Shown here: positions 9,459-19,035 of the stretch, piece by piece
How the letters are laid out: every line of letters begins with the position of its first letter
Position numbering within the stretch: position 1 is the first letter of the stretch
Virus record (IMG/VR): IMGVR_UViG_3300037067_018912
Coordinates: 32,001 to 96,000 of that record
Length of the DNA stretch: 64,000 nt
Reading direction: 5' to 3' (one strand)
DNA from: a virus
Taxonomy: Duplodnaviria; Caudoviricetes
Notes under the pieces: model-generated
What the model saw: the letters and a program-made list of their open reading frames with translations, nothing else
Databases searched by the model: none
What the model was told of the DNA's origin: nothing
Made by a program: the position numbers and the translations under genes

Positions 9459-9506
9459 GATTAAAAGTTTTAAAAATTAGTACTAATTTATTGAACATAT
9501 ATGGTT

Positions 9507-9689
9507 TCACGTTATTACCCACTTTAATGCTTTAATTTTTCCTTTGCATTTATTAATTCTTGCTCTCAATGTCGATCCTTCCTCACTGAGCATACTAATC
9601 TGATCGAGATTATTATGTTCTAACTCTAATTCTTTTACCCGGATTTCGCAATCTTGGATTTCTTCTTCTATTTCCTGTTTCGTTTTCAC
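9507..9689 (-). CDS. Small coiled-coil protein
   Basis: 4-nt overlap with upstream gene; ends IKALKWV. Confidence 0.65.
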   Translation of the reverse strand: MKTKQEIEEEIQDCEIRVKELELEHNNLDQISMLSEEGSTLRARINKCKGKIKALKWVIT

Positions 9690-10576
9690 ATCTCCAACGG
9701 ATAAAATTTCTTTTCAAAATTCTTTTTCAACAAATCCCGGTACAGACCATATTCGTCTTTCATGTTTTCGTGCTTCGTCAAAAGGAAATTTATCATTTCC
9801 TGATTGAGGGTTTTGTCCATTTTCAATTTCGTCCCTGCTGCCGATCTGTCCCCTAAAATATATAAGGCAATCTTCTTACAAAGTTCCAAATCGATGTCTG
9901 GAGTTGCAATCTTCTTTGAGAAAAGAGCGGTAGGATACCACATCTTATATTTTGCCGATATTGTGCTTGCCTTTTTACCTAACGGTGTCATGTGGTAGAA
10001 AGAGACAATTATAATGCCATGAGTCTCAGGCACGACAAAGACCGTCGTTGGATTCATACCCAAATGGACGTAATTTACCTGTCTTAACCACAGTACGAAT
10101 TCGAACATCCTGCTGAATATCCAATTAACATGAACTTGTGGAAGTTTTTGTATTGTGAAAGGAATTGCCCTATCCTTTAAATTTATGATTAATTTGTCTT
10201 TTTCAAGAACCATACTTTCTGGCAGATATTTGTGAAAATTCTCTGCCGCTTTGTCATGTAATGACATTAATTTTTTGTAATTCTCAATGGACTTGGCAAT
10301 TAACTTCCGGTTGGCATCGGTTACAACCCATTCGATCCTTTTTTCATATACCCGGAAAGGTCCGGCTTCGTCAATATAAGGTATGCCGTTCTCAATAACG
10401 TCCTTATAGTGGTTGATTATAGCCATTGCATCGCTCGCCTTTGGTTGTCCGCAGGTGTCAGGATGGATTAATTTACAATATTGAAGGTACTCCTTTTTCC
10501 AATCATTCGACGTATTAAAGAGGTCGGACGGCTTGTGGGACTTCAGAACCTTGTCGATGAGTTCGATATCGGTCAT
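9686..10576 (-). CDS. J-domain (HPD) fused to degenerate protein-kinase-like domain
   Basis: KKEYLQYCKLIHPD; kinase-like C-lobe with VHLGMNPTTVFV in place of HRDLKPxN. Confidence 0.7.
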   Translation of the reverse strand: MTDIELIDKVLKSHKPSDLFNTSNDWKKEYLQYCKLIHPDTCGQPKASDAMAIINHYKDVIENGIPYIDEAGPFRVYEKRIEWVVTDANRKLIAKSIENYKKLMSLHDKAAENFHKYLPESMVLEKDKLIINLKDRAIPFTIQKLPQVHVNWIFSRMFEFVLWLRQVNYVHLGMNPTTVFVVPETHGIIIVSFYHMTPLGKKASTISAKYKMWYPTALFSKKIATPDIDLELCKKIALYILGDRSAAGTKLKMDKTLNQEMINFLLTKHENMKDEYGLYRDLLKKNFEKKFYPLEM

Positions 10577-10594
10577 TTTCAGTGTATTTTATCA

Positions 10595-10602
10595 CAAACA
10601 TA
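10595..10602 (-). promoter_or_regulatory. Bacteroidota-type -7 element (TATGTTTG)
   Basis: TAnnTTTG at the head of the left minus-strand block. Confidence 0.55.
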
Positions 10603-10702
10603 AGAAAATTATTCGATTAAAAGCATCCTTTTGTCAAAAATTTTGTTACTATATGTGAAAATATCCGTAATATTGTGATGTGTACGACAAAAACCGAATG
10701 AA

Positions 10703-11227
10703 ATGAAAAGGATTATATTTTTCAGATTTATATCATTGATAATATTCTTTTTTGCCACTACATCAATGATCAGCAACGGCAGTAACAATTCAATTAGTTC
10801 AGCCGTTGATGAAATCCTATTATATGAGGATGTTTGGGGCAGTATATATCATGCAGAAGAATCTCAATGTGACAGTACCCCTTACTCCACTGCAGACGGT
10901 TCGAGGATCAATCCTTGGAAGGCGAGTGGCCACCGTTGGATTGCCATAAGCCAAGAGATGATAGACGACGAATATCGTGCAAAATTGGTAAAATCCACCG
11001 ATCCAAGATTCAAGGGTAGAATAAAATATGGTGACACCGTTTGGATCGACAGTCCTTATAAAGAAATAAATGGTTGGTGGGTTGTTTGCGATGCGAAAAA
11101 TAAAAGATATGTCAAGAGCATAGACTTCCTACAGACAATCGGAGACAAGACCCTGATCGAAAACTATCCCCGTTGGTCGGGTAAGTTCGAAAACATCAAG
11201 ATTTGTCGTTTCAGTTCAAATTCTTAA
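10703..11227 (+). CDS. Secreted 3D-domain / lytic transglycosylase-like protein
   Basis: Signal/TM N-terminus; QCDSTP..TADG, WIAISQ, YGDTVW, VCD..NKRY..SIDFL. Confidence 0.7.
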   Translation: MKRIIFFRFISLIIFFFATTSMISNGSNNSISSAVDEILLYEDVWGSIYHAEESQCDSTPYSTADGSRINPWKASGHRWIAISQEMIDDEYRAKLVKSTDPRFKGRIKYGDTVWIDSPYKEINGWWVVCDAKNKRYVKSIDFLQTIGDKTLIENYPRWSGKFENIKICRFSSNS

Positions 11228-11302
11228 TAAATTTTCATCGAAATCATTTGGAGGTTTGACGAAAATTTCTACATTTGTAAGTAGAAAACAACTACTTGCA
11301 AT

Positions 11303-11842
11303 ATGGATATTGATTCCGTCAAAAAATACGCATTCAAGTGTCACGAAGACGCCAAATGCTGCTATGATGGGAATGAATATTCCGTCCATCTTGAGGATGT
11401 TGCGAGAATCGTGGACAGATACAATCAATCATTTAAAATCCCAATCGACAGAATAAATACTTATTTTGCAGCGTTCTGCCATGATTTAATTGAAGATGCG
11501 AGACAATCATATAACGACATTGCTGAAAATTCAAGCACCGTTGTTGCAGATATTGTTCTTGCTGTATCGGACGTCCCGTCGACGAATCGTCTCATGAAAC
11601 ACTTGTTGACGATGGGCAAGACCGTTCAAGACTACCGTGCTATTGTGTTAAAACTTTGTGACATTCTTGCGAATGCGACATACAGTTATCAGCACGGCGA
11701 CCCCATGTACAAAAAATACAAGAAAGAGTATTCATACCGCAAACCGATATTTCAACAGGCATTAAGTTGGTATACAAAAGAACTTGATTTGGAATTCCTT
11801 TCCGGAATTTGGAAAGAACTCGACGATATTTTTCAGGTGTAA
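11303..11842 (+). CDS. HD-domain hydrolase (SpoT/Mesh1-like)
   Basis: YSVHL..VA, AAFCHDLIED, VLKLCDILAN; TACATTTG upstream at 11270. Confidence 0.8.
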   Translation: MDIDSVKKYAFKCHEDAKCCYDGNEYSVHLEDVARIVDRYNQSFKIPIDRINTYFAAFCHDLIEDARQSYNDIAENSSTVVADIVLAVSDVPSTNRLMKHLLTMGKTVQDYRAIVLKLCDILANATYSYQHGDPMYKKYKKEYSYRKPIFQQALSWYTKELDLEFLSGIWKELDDIFQV

Positions 11843-11920
11843 ACTTGGGCAAGTTTATCACAAGAAGAAAAGGGAATGCCGATGCCCTTATCAAGTAGGC
11901 ACACATTAAACAAAACTACT

Positions 11921-12922
11921 ATGATTTTATTTAAAATCTTGGCATGGATTGTAATGCTTTACGGTATTGTTGCGTTCATTTTGCGCTTCATAAAAGTGGA
12001 AAGGGAAGTAAGAAATGAAACAGGTCGGACAGTAACGGTCAACGAACCTGTCAAATTACCGTTCGTACTGCCGACACTACTCATTGGTTTGGTTTTTGTC
12101 ATTCTGTTGTCATTAATTGTGAAGATCGGTCCACAAGACGTGGGTGTTCTTGTAAAACCGGGTGGTGTTAATGATGATGAACTCCATACAGGTTGGCATC
12201 TCGTCGCTCCTTGGTGTGAAGTTCATAAAATGGATAAAACCGTGTGGGTTTACACTTGTGCACATTCTACAGGCGAAGGAGCAAAACCCAGTACGGACGC
12301 TATTTGGTCTCCAACCAAGGATGGTATTAAGATGGGGTTGGATGTGTCAGTGTCGTGGAAAATTATGCCCAATGAAGCATCATGGATTTATCAGAACGTC
12401 ACCGAAAATGATGGTGGCAATACGGGCAGATATATTTGGTTGGAAGAAAACGTTATTCGTACCAAATTAAAATCCGCACTTGCATTAACGGTGAGTAGTT
12501 ATACTCCAATTGAGGTTTACAGTACCAAGCGTCAGGAAATCCAAGATGAAGTCCTCAAAAGGATAATAAGTGAAGTTAAGGGGTATAAACTTATCATTGA
12601 TCAGGTTGATATCCGTGAAGTCTATTATAGTGTTGAATTTGAAAAGGCTATTGATGCTAAGAAACTTGCCGAACAGGAGGTTTTGAGACTTGTTGAAGTA
12701 ACGAAGCAACAGGCTGAGAAACTCAAACAAGCCGAAATCAATAAGAACATTGCCATTGAACAAGCGATGGGTGAAGCAAAAGCATTGCAGATCAAGGGTA
12801 CGTCTGTTGCTGCCAATCCCAAGATTATCCAACTTGAATGGATCAACAAATGGGATGGCAAACTTCCTGTCTACATGATGGGCAACGGACAGGACGTAAT
12901 TTTAAGCCTGCCAAACAAATAA
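11921..12922 (+). CDS. SPFH/band 7/prohibitin membrane protein
   Basis: Two N-terminal TMs, TKDG..MGLDVSV, AIDAKKLAEQ, WINKWDGKLP. Confidence 0.9.
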   Translation: MILFKILAWIVMLYGIVAFILRFIKVEREVRNETGRTVTVNEPVKLPFVLPTLLIGLVFVILLSLIVKIGPQDVGVLVKPGGVNDDELHTGWHLVAPWCEVHKMDKTVWVYTCAHSTGEGAKPSTDAIWSPTKDGIKMGLDVSVSWKIMPNEASWIYQNVTENDGGNTGRYIWLEENVIRTKLKSALALTVSSYTPIEVYSTKRQEIQDEVLKRIISEVKGYKLIIDQVDIREVYYSVEFEKAIDAKKLAEQEVLRLVEVTKQQAEKLKQAEINKNIAIEQAMGEAKALQIKGTSVAANPKIIQLEWINKWDGKLPVYMMGNGQDVILSLPNK

Positions 12923-12955
12923 CACAAACTGCTAATTATATCAACTTGGAAATTA

Positions 12956-12980
12956 AGGAGAGGGCAACCTCTCCTTTTTT
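12956..12980 (+). terminator. Rho-independent terminator
   Basis: AAGGAGAGG-GCAA-CCTCTCCTTTTTT. Confidence 0.85.
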
Positions 12981-12981
12981 A

Positions 12982-13013
12982 TTTGCTTATTAATTATTTA
13001 TTTTCTACATTTG
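12982..13013 (+). promoter_or_regulatory. Bacteroidota primary-sigma promoter
   Basis: TTTG-N20-TACATTTG. Confidence 0.7.
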
Positions 13014-13030
13014 ACCAAACAAAATTTAAA

Positions 13031-13618
13031 ATGGCTGATGTTAAAATAACATATACCGAAGAGTTTAAGAACCTCGGTCACCTTATGCTCGATCTTGAAA
13101 CAATGGGTACTCGTCCGGGTTGTGCGATTGTTTCCATCGGAGCAGTTGAATTCGATATTGAGACTGGGAAGTTCGGCAGGCATTTTTATGAACGTGTTGA
13201 ACTTCAATCTTGTTTGGATGTGGGTCTCTTTGTTGAGGCACATACAGTTTATTGGTGGATGCAACAAAGCGAAGCAGCACGGAAAGAGATTTATAATCCC
13301 GATAATAGAATTGATTTACATACTGCACTCACAAAATTGGGTTCATTTATGGCAGATTTAGAGGTTTTTTATATTTGGGGTAATGGTGCAAGTTTCGACT
13401 TTGGTATTCTTCAAGCAGCAGTATACGCCTCCGGATATAAGAAAGTGCCTTGGAATTTTAGATTGGAGAGAGACGTCCGGACGATTACTATGATCGCACC
13501 TGAAATGAAACAATCCATGCCGTTTTGCGGCACAGTACATAATGCTCTCGACGATTGTATTCACCAAATCAAATACGTTTCAGAGATTTGGAAAACTCAC
13601 ATCAAGAAGAAATTATAA
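13031..13618 (+). CDS. DEDDh 3'-5' exonuclease (DUF5051-like)
   Basis: LMLDLETMG, WGNGASFD, RDVRT, HNALDD. Confidence 0.9.
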   Translation: MADVKITYTEEFKNLGHLMLDLETMGTRPGCAIVSIGAVEFDIETGKFGRHFYERVELQSCLDVGLFVEAHTVYWWMQQSEAARKEIYNPDNRIDLHTALTKLGSFMADLEVFYIWGNGASFDFGILQAAVYASGYKKVPWNFRLERDVRTITMIAPEMKQSMPFCGTVHNALDDCIHQIKYVSEIWKTHIKKKL

Positions 13619-13620
13619 TC

Positions 13621-14022
13621 ATGGCGGTCGATTGGAGGAGTGAGTTAAAAAAATTTGCAATGAAAAAGATTAAGGAAATGCTCATTGCTATGGGTGATGA
13701 AGATATTGAAGTCACCCCCGATCAGGTTCAGATTTATGAAGTGCCTTTCGAAATCAACAAAGAGACACTCAAAAGTCTTGAACCGCTCGCTCTTGCAAGA
13801 ATATTCGCTCATATGATTATGCGGGAGGATTTCGAACTCGTCGAAGCCATCTCAGAAATTTTAAAAGAAAAGGGATATGAAACAAAAATCGACATTGACG
13901 AATCGAAAAAGACGGCAAATATTATTGTAAAAAAACCTGTGGGAGTGGAAATGATCACCATTCCAATGAAAATTTACCCCGACGGAATGATAGTCGATTT
14001 TGAAAAAGAGGATGATTTATAA
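13621..14022 (+). CDS. Hypothetical protein
   Basis: Start trimmed to MAVDW. Confidence 0.7.
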   Translation: MAVDWRSELKKFAMKKIKEMLIAMGDEDIEVTPDQVQIYEVPFEINKETLKSLEPLALARIFAHMIMREDFELVEAISEILKEKGYETKIDIDESKKTANIIVKKPVGVEMITIPMKIYPDGMIVDFEKEDDL

Positions 14023-14037
14023 TCAATAAACAAGACT

Positions 14038-14388
14038 ATGGAAAATTTAACCAAAGAAACCTTCAAAGAGAAGGTATTCGACTTTGAAACCGAAACTGAA
14101 TGGAAATTTAAGGGGTCTAAACCCGCCGTTATTGATTTTTATGCCGATTGGTGTGGACCATGCAAAATGGTCGCTCCGGTGTTGGAAAAATTGAGCACTG
14201 AGCACCCCGAAATCGATTTTTACAAAGTGGATACCGAGGTGCAGGCAGAAATTGCCGCTGCTTTCCAAATCAGGAGTATACCAATGATCCTTTTTATACC
14301 TCTTGAAGGCCAACCGGGAATGGCAATCGGCGCATTACCGAAAGAAAAACTCGAAATAGCAATAAAAGACATTTTGAAAATCGAATGA
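14038..14388 (+). CDS. trxA: Thioredoxin
   Basis: IDFYADWCGPCK, IRSIP; N-terminus resembles Bacteroidota thioredoxins. Confidence 0.95.
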   Translation: MENLTKETFKEKVFDFETETEWKFKGSKPAVIDFYADWCGPCKMVAPVLEKLSTEHPEIDFYKVDTEVQAEIAAAFQIRSIPMILFIPLEGQPGMAIGALPKEKLEIAIKDILKIE

Positions 14389-14879
14389 ATTCAAATTGGC
14401 ACATATTCCTCGACATTGACGGAGTGTTGGCAACGACAATGCAATACTATTCCAATCCGAAAAAGTGGAATCCTTTGTATAATAGATATCGTTTTGATGA
14501 GAAATGCGTGAAAGTTTTCAATCAAATTATCGAAAAAACCAATCCCGTTGTGATACTTTCAAGTGATTGGGGAAGAGATTACACTCTTGAAAAATTAAAT
14601 TTGATATTCGAGATCAATGGTGTCAATTGTACAATAACTGACGTAACCCCGAATTTTTGGGATGTCAAATATTTTGATATTAAAACACAATTAGCGGTTT
14701 GCCGAGCGGATGAAATAAAATCTTATACAATCGATCATAACATAACGAAATTCCTTGCAATCGACGACGTCGACCTATCACCTTGGCTTCCAGATAATTT
14801 TGTTAGGACGAGAGTGGCCAATGAAGGTATTAAACAAAGTGGAGTGAAAGATAAAATCTTAAAAATGCTGTTATCATGA
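14385..14879 (+). CDS. HAD phosphatase (Swiss-Army-knife RNA repair type)
   Basis: IFLDIDGVL, ILSSDW, R..EI, AIDD. Confidence 0.85.
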   Translation: MNSNWHIFLDIDGVLATTMQYYSNPKKWNPLYNRYRFDEKCVKVFNQIIEKTNPVVILSSDWGRDYTLEKLNLIFEINGVNCTITDVTPNFWDVKYFDIKTQLAVCRADEIKSYTIDHNITKFLAIDDVDLSPWLPDNFVRTRVANEGIKQSGVKDKILKMLLS

Positions 14880-15115
14880 AAAAAATTATCACATTTTCCT
14901 TTATTGTATTATTCGCTGTTGCGTGCAGTATAAGCATAGCAAAGTTCGACAAGACTAATGAACACAAAGGCGATGTGATTCTCAAAATCGAACACGATTC
15001 TGTTGGGAGCATCGATTCGTATACTTTTTTTGTTAGAGACTCTCTGAACAACATCGACAAACTGATAATTGATCCTGATTATGCGCAGTTTTATTCCGTA
15101 GGCGACACGCTTTAA
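14876..15115 (+). CDS. Small secreted/membrane protein
   Basis: Signal-like N-terminus, ends YSVGDTL. Confidence 0.65.
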   Translation: MKKIITFSFIVLFAVACSISIAKFDKTNEHKGDVILKIEHDSVGSIDSYTFFVRDSLNNIDKLIIDPDYAQFYSVGDTL

Positions 15116-15127
15116 AAAATCAACAAT

Positions 15128-16600
15128 ATGAAAACTGAAAATTTAGACCTTTTACTGAACAAAGTGGTTGAGTACAATCAACCCGGCAAGTGCCGTTTCA
15201 AAGGATTCCTTTACAAGGATCGCAACGGCCAACACTACATTAAAGTGATTGAAACCTTTAGCGGTACGGATATCGCCGTGGACGACAAACTCGTTATTAG
15301 GAAAGGCGAGGGGAAATACGTGGCTTCCACCGACAAGCCGAAACTCATGCGTGTCAGCATGAAGTCGTGGCATTACCGCCTGATCAAGTTTGTACTCAAG
15401 GACAACGCACCGACGCCGAAAACGATGCAGAACGGCTGCCCATATTTTTGGTTGCTTGTGTTTTCCTTTTTCGCAGCACCGTTCCTTTTACTGTGGAAAG
15501 GATTCGTTTTTCTGATATTGTTGTTACCAAGAGCGTTCGTATGGTTTCTTGAAAAAGCATTCGACGCATATATGAAAAGCCTGGACGATGCCGCCGCATA
15601 TGATTATTATCAGAGTGGACAATACGGCAGCACAGGGAGCAGGATGCCGTTGACGGTGAAAACTTTCTTCAAACTGTCGAGTAAGAACGATTATGACGAC
15701 CGTAATGAATTTATGGACTATTTCCTCCTTGAAAAATACAACCTTTCTTCCGAGAAAAATCCGGAGGAATACAAACGCATGAAAGATGAACTAAGCGAAA
15801 AATACCTGACATGGCGTGAAGAAATCAAAAAAAGGAATGAAGAGAGGGAAAAACAAGATTTTATCGAACGGGAGAAAAGAAGGATTAAACAATTGGAATG
15901 GGAACGCAAACAGGAAATCAGACAAGCCAAGTGGGATGCATTGACGAAACCCTACAGAGACGGCATCAACGGCATACTTAAATCAATCCGCCAAACATTT
16001 ACTTTCAAGGTAAAGAAGGTTAAGTTTGATTTTGATTGGAAGACGATCATAAGAACCACCAAACAGGTTGTTGGTGCTATAATCACCCTAATCTTGCTCA
16101 CTGCAACATATTTTGTAGTCAACGGAATTGCATATGGGTTAACTGCCGCTGCAGATTGGAGCATTCACCATTGGGAATATTTTGCCATCATGGGTCTCCT
16201 GCTTGTCGCTGCAGGTATCGTCTATGTCTCATTCATATTCATTACCGGATGGGTGCAGGGTATTGTAAATAGGTATAAAGGTGGCAAGAGAGTGTGGTAT
16301 ATCGAACCCCTCATTTACGTAATATATTATCCGATCAAATATGTTGTACTACTTATAGCCTACGGGTTGTTCTATATTGTGTGGTGGCCAATTAAGTTCA
16401 TATGTTATACGTTCTTGTTCAAGATTGTCATTGCCCCGGTTGGCGAATTCCTTGCAGTGAACATATGGAAGGGATTGTGCGCTTTCGGCAGAGGTCTTGT
16501 TAACAGTACTGGCGTATTCGGAGAGTATTTTAGTGCGAGTTACACCGACTACTGCCCTGGCCTTGAATGGGTCGATACGGATGAAGAAGAAAATAATTAA
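15128..16600 (+). CDS. Multi-TM membrane protein with central coiled coil
   Basis: SWHYRL...CPYFW motif, several hydrophobic segments. Confidence 0.8.
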   Translation: MKTENLDLLLNKVVEYNQPGKCRFKGFLYKDRNGQHYIKVIETFSGTDIAVDDKLVIRKGEGKYVASTDKPKLMRVSMKSWHYRLIKFVLKDNAPTPKTMQNGCPYFWLLVFSFFAAPFLLLWKGFVFLILLLPRAFVWFLEKAFDAYMKSLDDAAAYDYYQSGQYGSTGSRMPLTVKTFFKLSSKNDYDDRNEFMDYFLLEKYNLSSEKNPEEYKRMKDELSEKYLTWREEIKKRNEEREKQDFIEREKRRIKQLEWERKQEIRQAKWDALTKPYRDGINGILKSIRQTFTFKVKKVKFDFDWKTIIRTTKQVVGAIITLILLTATYFVVNGIAYGLTAAADWSIHHWEYFAIMGLLLVAAGIVYVSFIFITGWVQGIVNRYKGGKRVWYIEPLIYVIYYPIKYVVLLIAYGLFYIVWWPIKFICYTFLFKIVIAPVGEFLAVNIWKGLCAFGRGLVNSTGVFGEYFSASYTDYCPGLEWVDTDEEENN

Positions 16601-16617
16601 CCAATAATAACACAGAT

Positions 16618-17226
16618 ATGTTACTATTCATTACAACAACATTGGTGGTCTCCCTTATTGCATTCTGCTTTTGGGGAAAGAGGTTTTGGGAATACAGATA
16701 TATTGTGCTGTTGATTATTGCATGTGTGTCGCTCGTTGCAACGATCGTGGTCAATTATTCCATAAGAGGTGGACTTGAAACCAAGGCGGAAGTGCTGCGG
16801 ACGAAACCGTTGACCGTGTTTTACATAAACGATACGCTCTTTAAGGATACTTTGAAAACCCAATTAATCGAAAATTGGGATTTTTATGAAAAGAAATCAA
16901 ACTCGTTTGGAAAAGACACTTCCAAAAAACAAACTCCTGTAACTTTCATTATATACACCACAGGGAAAAAGACCAAGACGACGTACATTGGTTATTACAA
17001 AAACGGGAATCAGGGTTACGACTATTTCAGCAACCTTTTCCTTGCGCCGAGTTCCAATGATTCGATCGGTTATTTTTGTAAGAAACGCCTCGTCTATGAT
17101 GTGCCTCCGGGTAATTGGCTGACGGGGTTCAGTATGCCGAGGAAATCCACTTTAAAGGTACTTTACGTTCCGCCGAGCGAATATGCTTTGATACCCGATT
17201 CATTGAAACGCAAACTCCCGTACTGA
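16618..17226 (+). CDS. Membrane-anchored hypothetical protein
   Basis: Two N-terminal TMs. Confidence 0.75.
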   Translation: MLLFITTTLVVSLIAFCFWGKRFWEYRYIVLLIIACVSLVATIVVNYSIRGGLETKAEVLRTKPLTVFYINDTLFKDTLKTQLIENWDFYEKKSNSFGKDTSKKQTPVTFIIYTTGKKTKTTYIGYYKNGNQGYDYFSNLFLAPSSNDSIGYFCKKRLVYDVPPGNWLTGFSMPRKSTLKVLYVPPSEYALIPDSLKRKLPY

Positions 17227-17227
17227 C

Positions 17228-17476
17228 ATGAAAACAACATTACTTGAAGTGCTTTGGAAGAAAGAAATCATTCATTGGAAGCGGATAAAATTAATGTTCA
17301 AGAAATTCAAGAGTTGGCCAAACAAACTAACTTTTGGTTTTATCGTCGCTGCCCTCATAACGTTGGCGCATTATTGCTTTGCTTTGATGCACACGCTCTA
17401 CGAATTGCTGCTGTTCTTCTTTGCAAACGACATGTTCAAAGCGAACCTGCAGAAAATGAAATTTTTAAACGTATAA
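17228..17476 (+). CDS. Small membrane protein
   Basis: In operon; hydrophobic C-terminal half. Confidence 0.6.
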   Translation: MKTTLLEVLWKKEIIHWKRIKLMFKKFKSWPNKLTFGFIVAALITLAHYCFALMHTLYELLLFFFANDMFKANLQKMKFLNV

Positions 17477-17480
17477 GATC

Positions 17481-17618
17481 ATGACATTAAAAGAATTCGT
17501 TGAATTTCTCGGTGAAGGCCAAGGGCATTTCATCGGTTTCGTTATAATCTTGATCATAGCCACCGAGTTTATCATCCGGATATTTCACGAAATATTCAAA
17601 ACAAAGAAAACGAAATGA
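17481..17618 (+). CDS. Small single-TM protein (45 aa, below ORF-track cutoff)
   Basis: MTLKEFVEFLGEGQGHFIGFVIILIIATEFIIRIFHEIFKTKKTK; fills the gap, ATGA overlap with next gene. Confidence 0.6.
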   Translation: MTLKEFVEFLGEGQGHFIGFVIILIIATEFIIRIFHEIFKTKKTK

Positions 17619-17842
17619 TCAGAATATGGATGTTCCTTTACGAAAAAGTGATATTTCCGGTATTTTTCGTTATTGCATTTGGATTATATCATGCCTTTTA
17701 CCCCGTATTGTGGCTGAAATTGCCACGAAAGGATTTTAAGAAGGAATATGACGAGCCTTTTGGTGATATAAGGTATATTGCATTCATATTGTTCATGATA
17801 ACTGTGATGATCGGTTGTGTTAAATTAATCAAATTAATATGA
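17615..17842 (+). CDS. Small two-TM protein
   Basis: ATGA overlaps on both sides. Confidence 0.65.
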   Translation: MIRIWMFLYEKVIFPVFFVIAFGLYHAFYPVLWLKLPRKDFKKEYDEPFGDIRYIAFILFMITVMIGCVKLIKLI

Positions 17843-18357
17843 GTTTATTTGTATTGGATGTTGAATCTGATGGCCAAGTCATTGGAAAGAACAGTATGGT
17901 GTGCTTCGGTGCTGTCAGAGTCGATTTAGAGTTGAAAACCACATTCTACGGTAAAGTAAGACCGATCTCGGAAGAATACAATCCGGATGCCCTTGCTGTG
18001 AGTGGATTCAGCCGGGAGGAGCATGAGAAATTTGATGACCCGTTTTTTGTCATGGACGAGTTCGCCAAATGGTTGAACGAGAATTCAAAAGGCAGACCGA
18101 TATTGATATCGGACAACAATGGATACGACGCCTCGTGGATCAATTATTACTTCCACGTCTATCACAATAGTAATCCGTTCGGATGGTCATCCAGGAGGAT
18201 CGGAGACTTGTACTGCGGTGCGGAGCACGACATGTTCTATTCATGGAAGAAACACAGAGTCACCAAGCACACACACAATCCCGTGGACGATGCCAAAGGT
18301 AATGCAGAGGCTTTGATGCATCTGTTTGAAAAATATAATTTCAAGTGGCCTAAATAA
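17839..18357 (+). CDS. DEDDh 3'-5' exonuclease
   Basis: LDVESDG, SDNNGYD, HTHNPVDDAKGNA. Confidence 0.88.
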   Translation: MSLFVLDVESDGQVIGKNSMVCFGAVRVDLELKTTFYGKVRPISEEYNPDALAVSGFSREEHEKFDDPFFVMDEFAKWLNENSKGRPILISDNNGYDASWINYYFHVYHNSNPFGWSSRRIGDLYCGAEHDMFYSWKKHRVTKHTHNPVDDAKGNAEALMHLFEKYNFKWPK

Positions 18358-18379
18358 ATAAGATAAAAGGGAGATTGTT

Positions 18380-18604
18380 ATGGAATACGTAAAAGACACG
18401 CCGAGGATAACCGTCAAATTCATCAATGCCGATACGGAAGAGGTCATATTCGAAATAACTGACAGGTCTTGGATGACTGTTGGTGAACTGTTCACCGACG
18501 GTATCGCAACCTCCTTGATGATTCAGGAGTTCAAAAACAAGAAGAAACCCATGCCCAAGAACATCATGATCTTGGCAGTAGGGGAATATAAACAGATTGA
18601 ATAA
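18380..18604 (+). CDS. Hypothetical protein
   Basis: ORF in operon. Confidence 0.65.
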   Translation: MEYVKDTPRITVKFINADTEEVIFEITDRSWMTVGELFTDGIATSLMIQEFKNKKKPMPKNIMILAVGEYKQIE

Positions 18605-18624
18605 TAATCAAATCAACAATCATC

Positions 18625-18960
18625 ATGACAATATTTGTTCACGAATATAAAGGTTTTGGCGGTTGCCAAAGCAAGTGTAAGGTGTATTATCTGAAAAAAG
18701 ATGGATTGCACCTCTTCTGTTTCGAGGATATGAACAAAGGTACTTCGGTCACAAACATGAGCGAGTATTTGGCGACCCAAATGATTGAAAAATTCAGCCT
18801 GAATCGAGATGTGGATGAATGTAGATTTTTCGAAAGTTATAATGATCTTGGAAATGAGGAAGATAGGACTTTCGACGAAATTACTTATACTTGGGAAGGT
18901 AACGTGGCTGACAATCCTGATTGGAAACCTTCCGAAGAACGTGACATGTTCGGTTTTTAG
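18625..18960 (+). CDS. Hypothetical protein (GTSVTN..E motif)
   Basis: N.GTSVTN..E.LA motif seen in small phage proteins. Confidence 0.7.
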   Translation: MTIFVHEYKGFGGCQSKCKVYYLKKDGLHLFCFEDMNKGTSVTNMSEYLATQMIEKFSLNRDVDECRFFESYNDLGNEEDRTFDEITYTWEGNVADNPDWKPSEERDMFGF

Positions 18961-19035
18961 ACTGAAAAATTTGCCTTTTTCCTGTAACACGATCGCTTGT
19001 TTTCCGTATTATCTACCGTAAAAACACGTAAGAAT

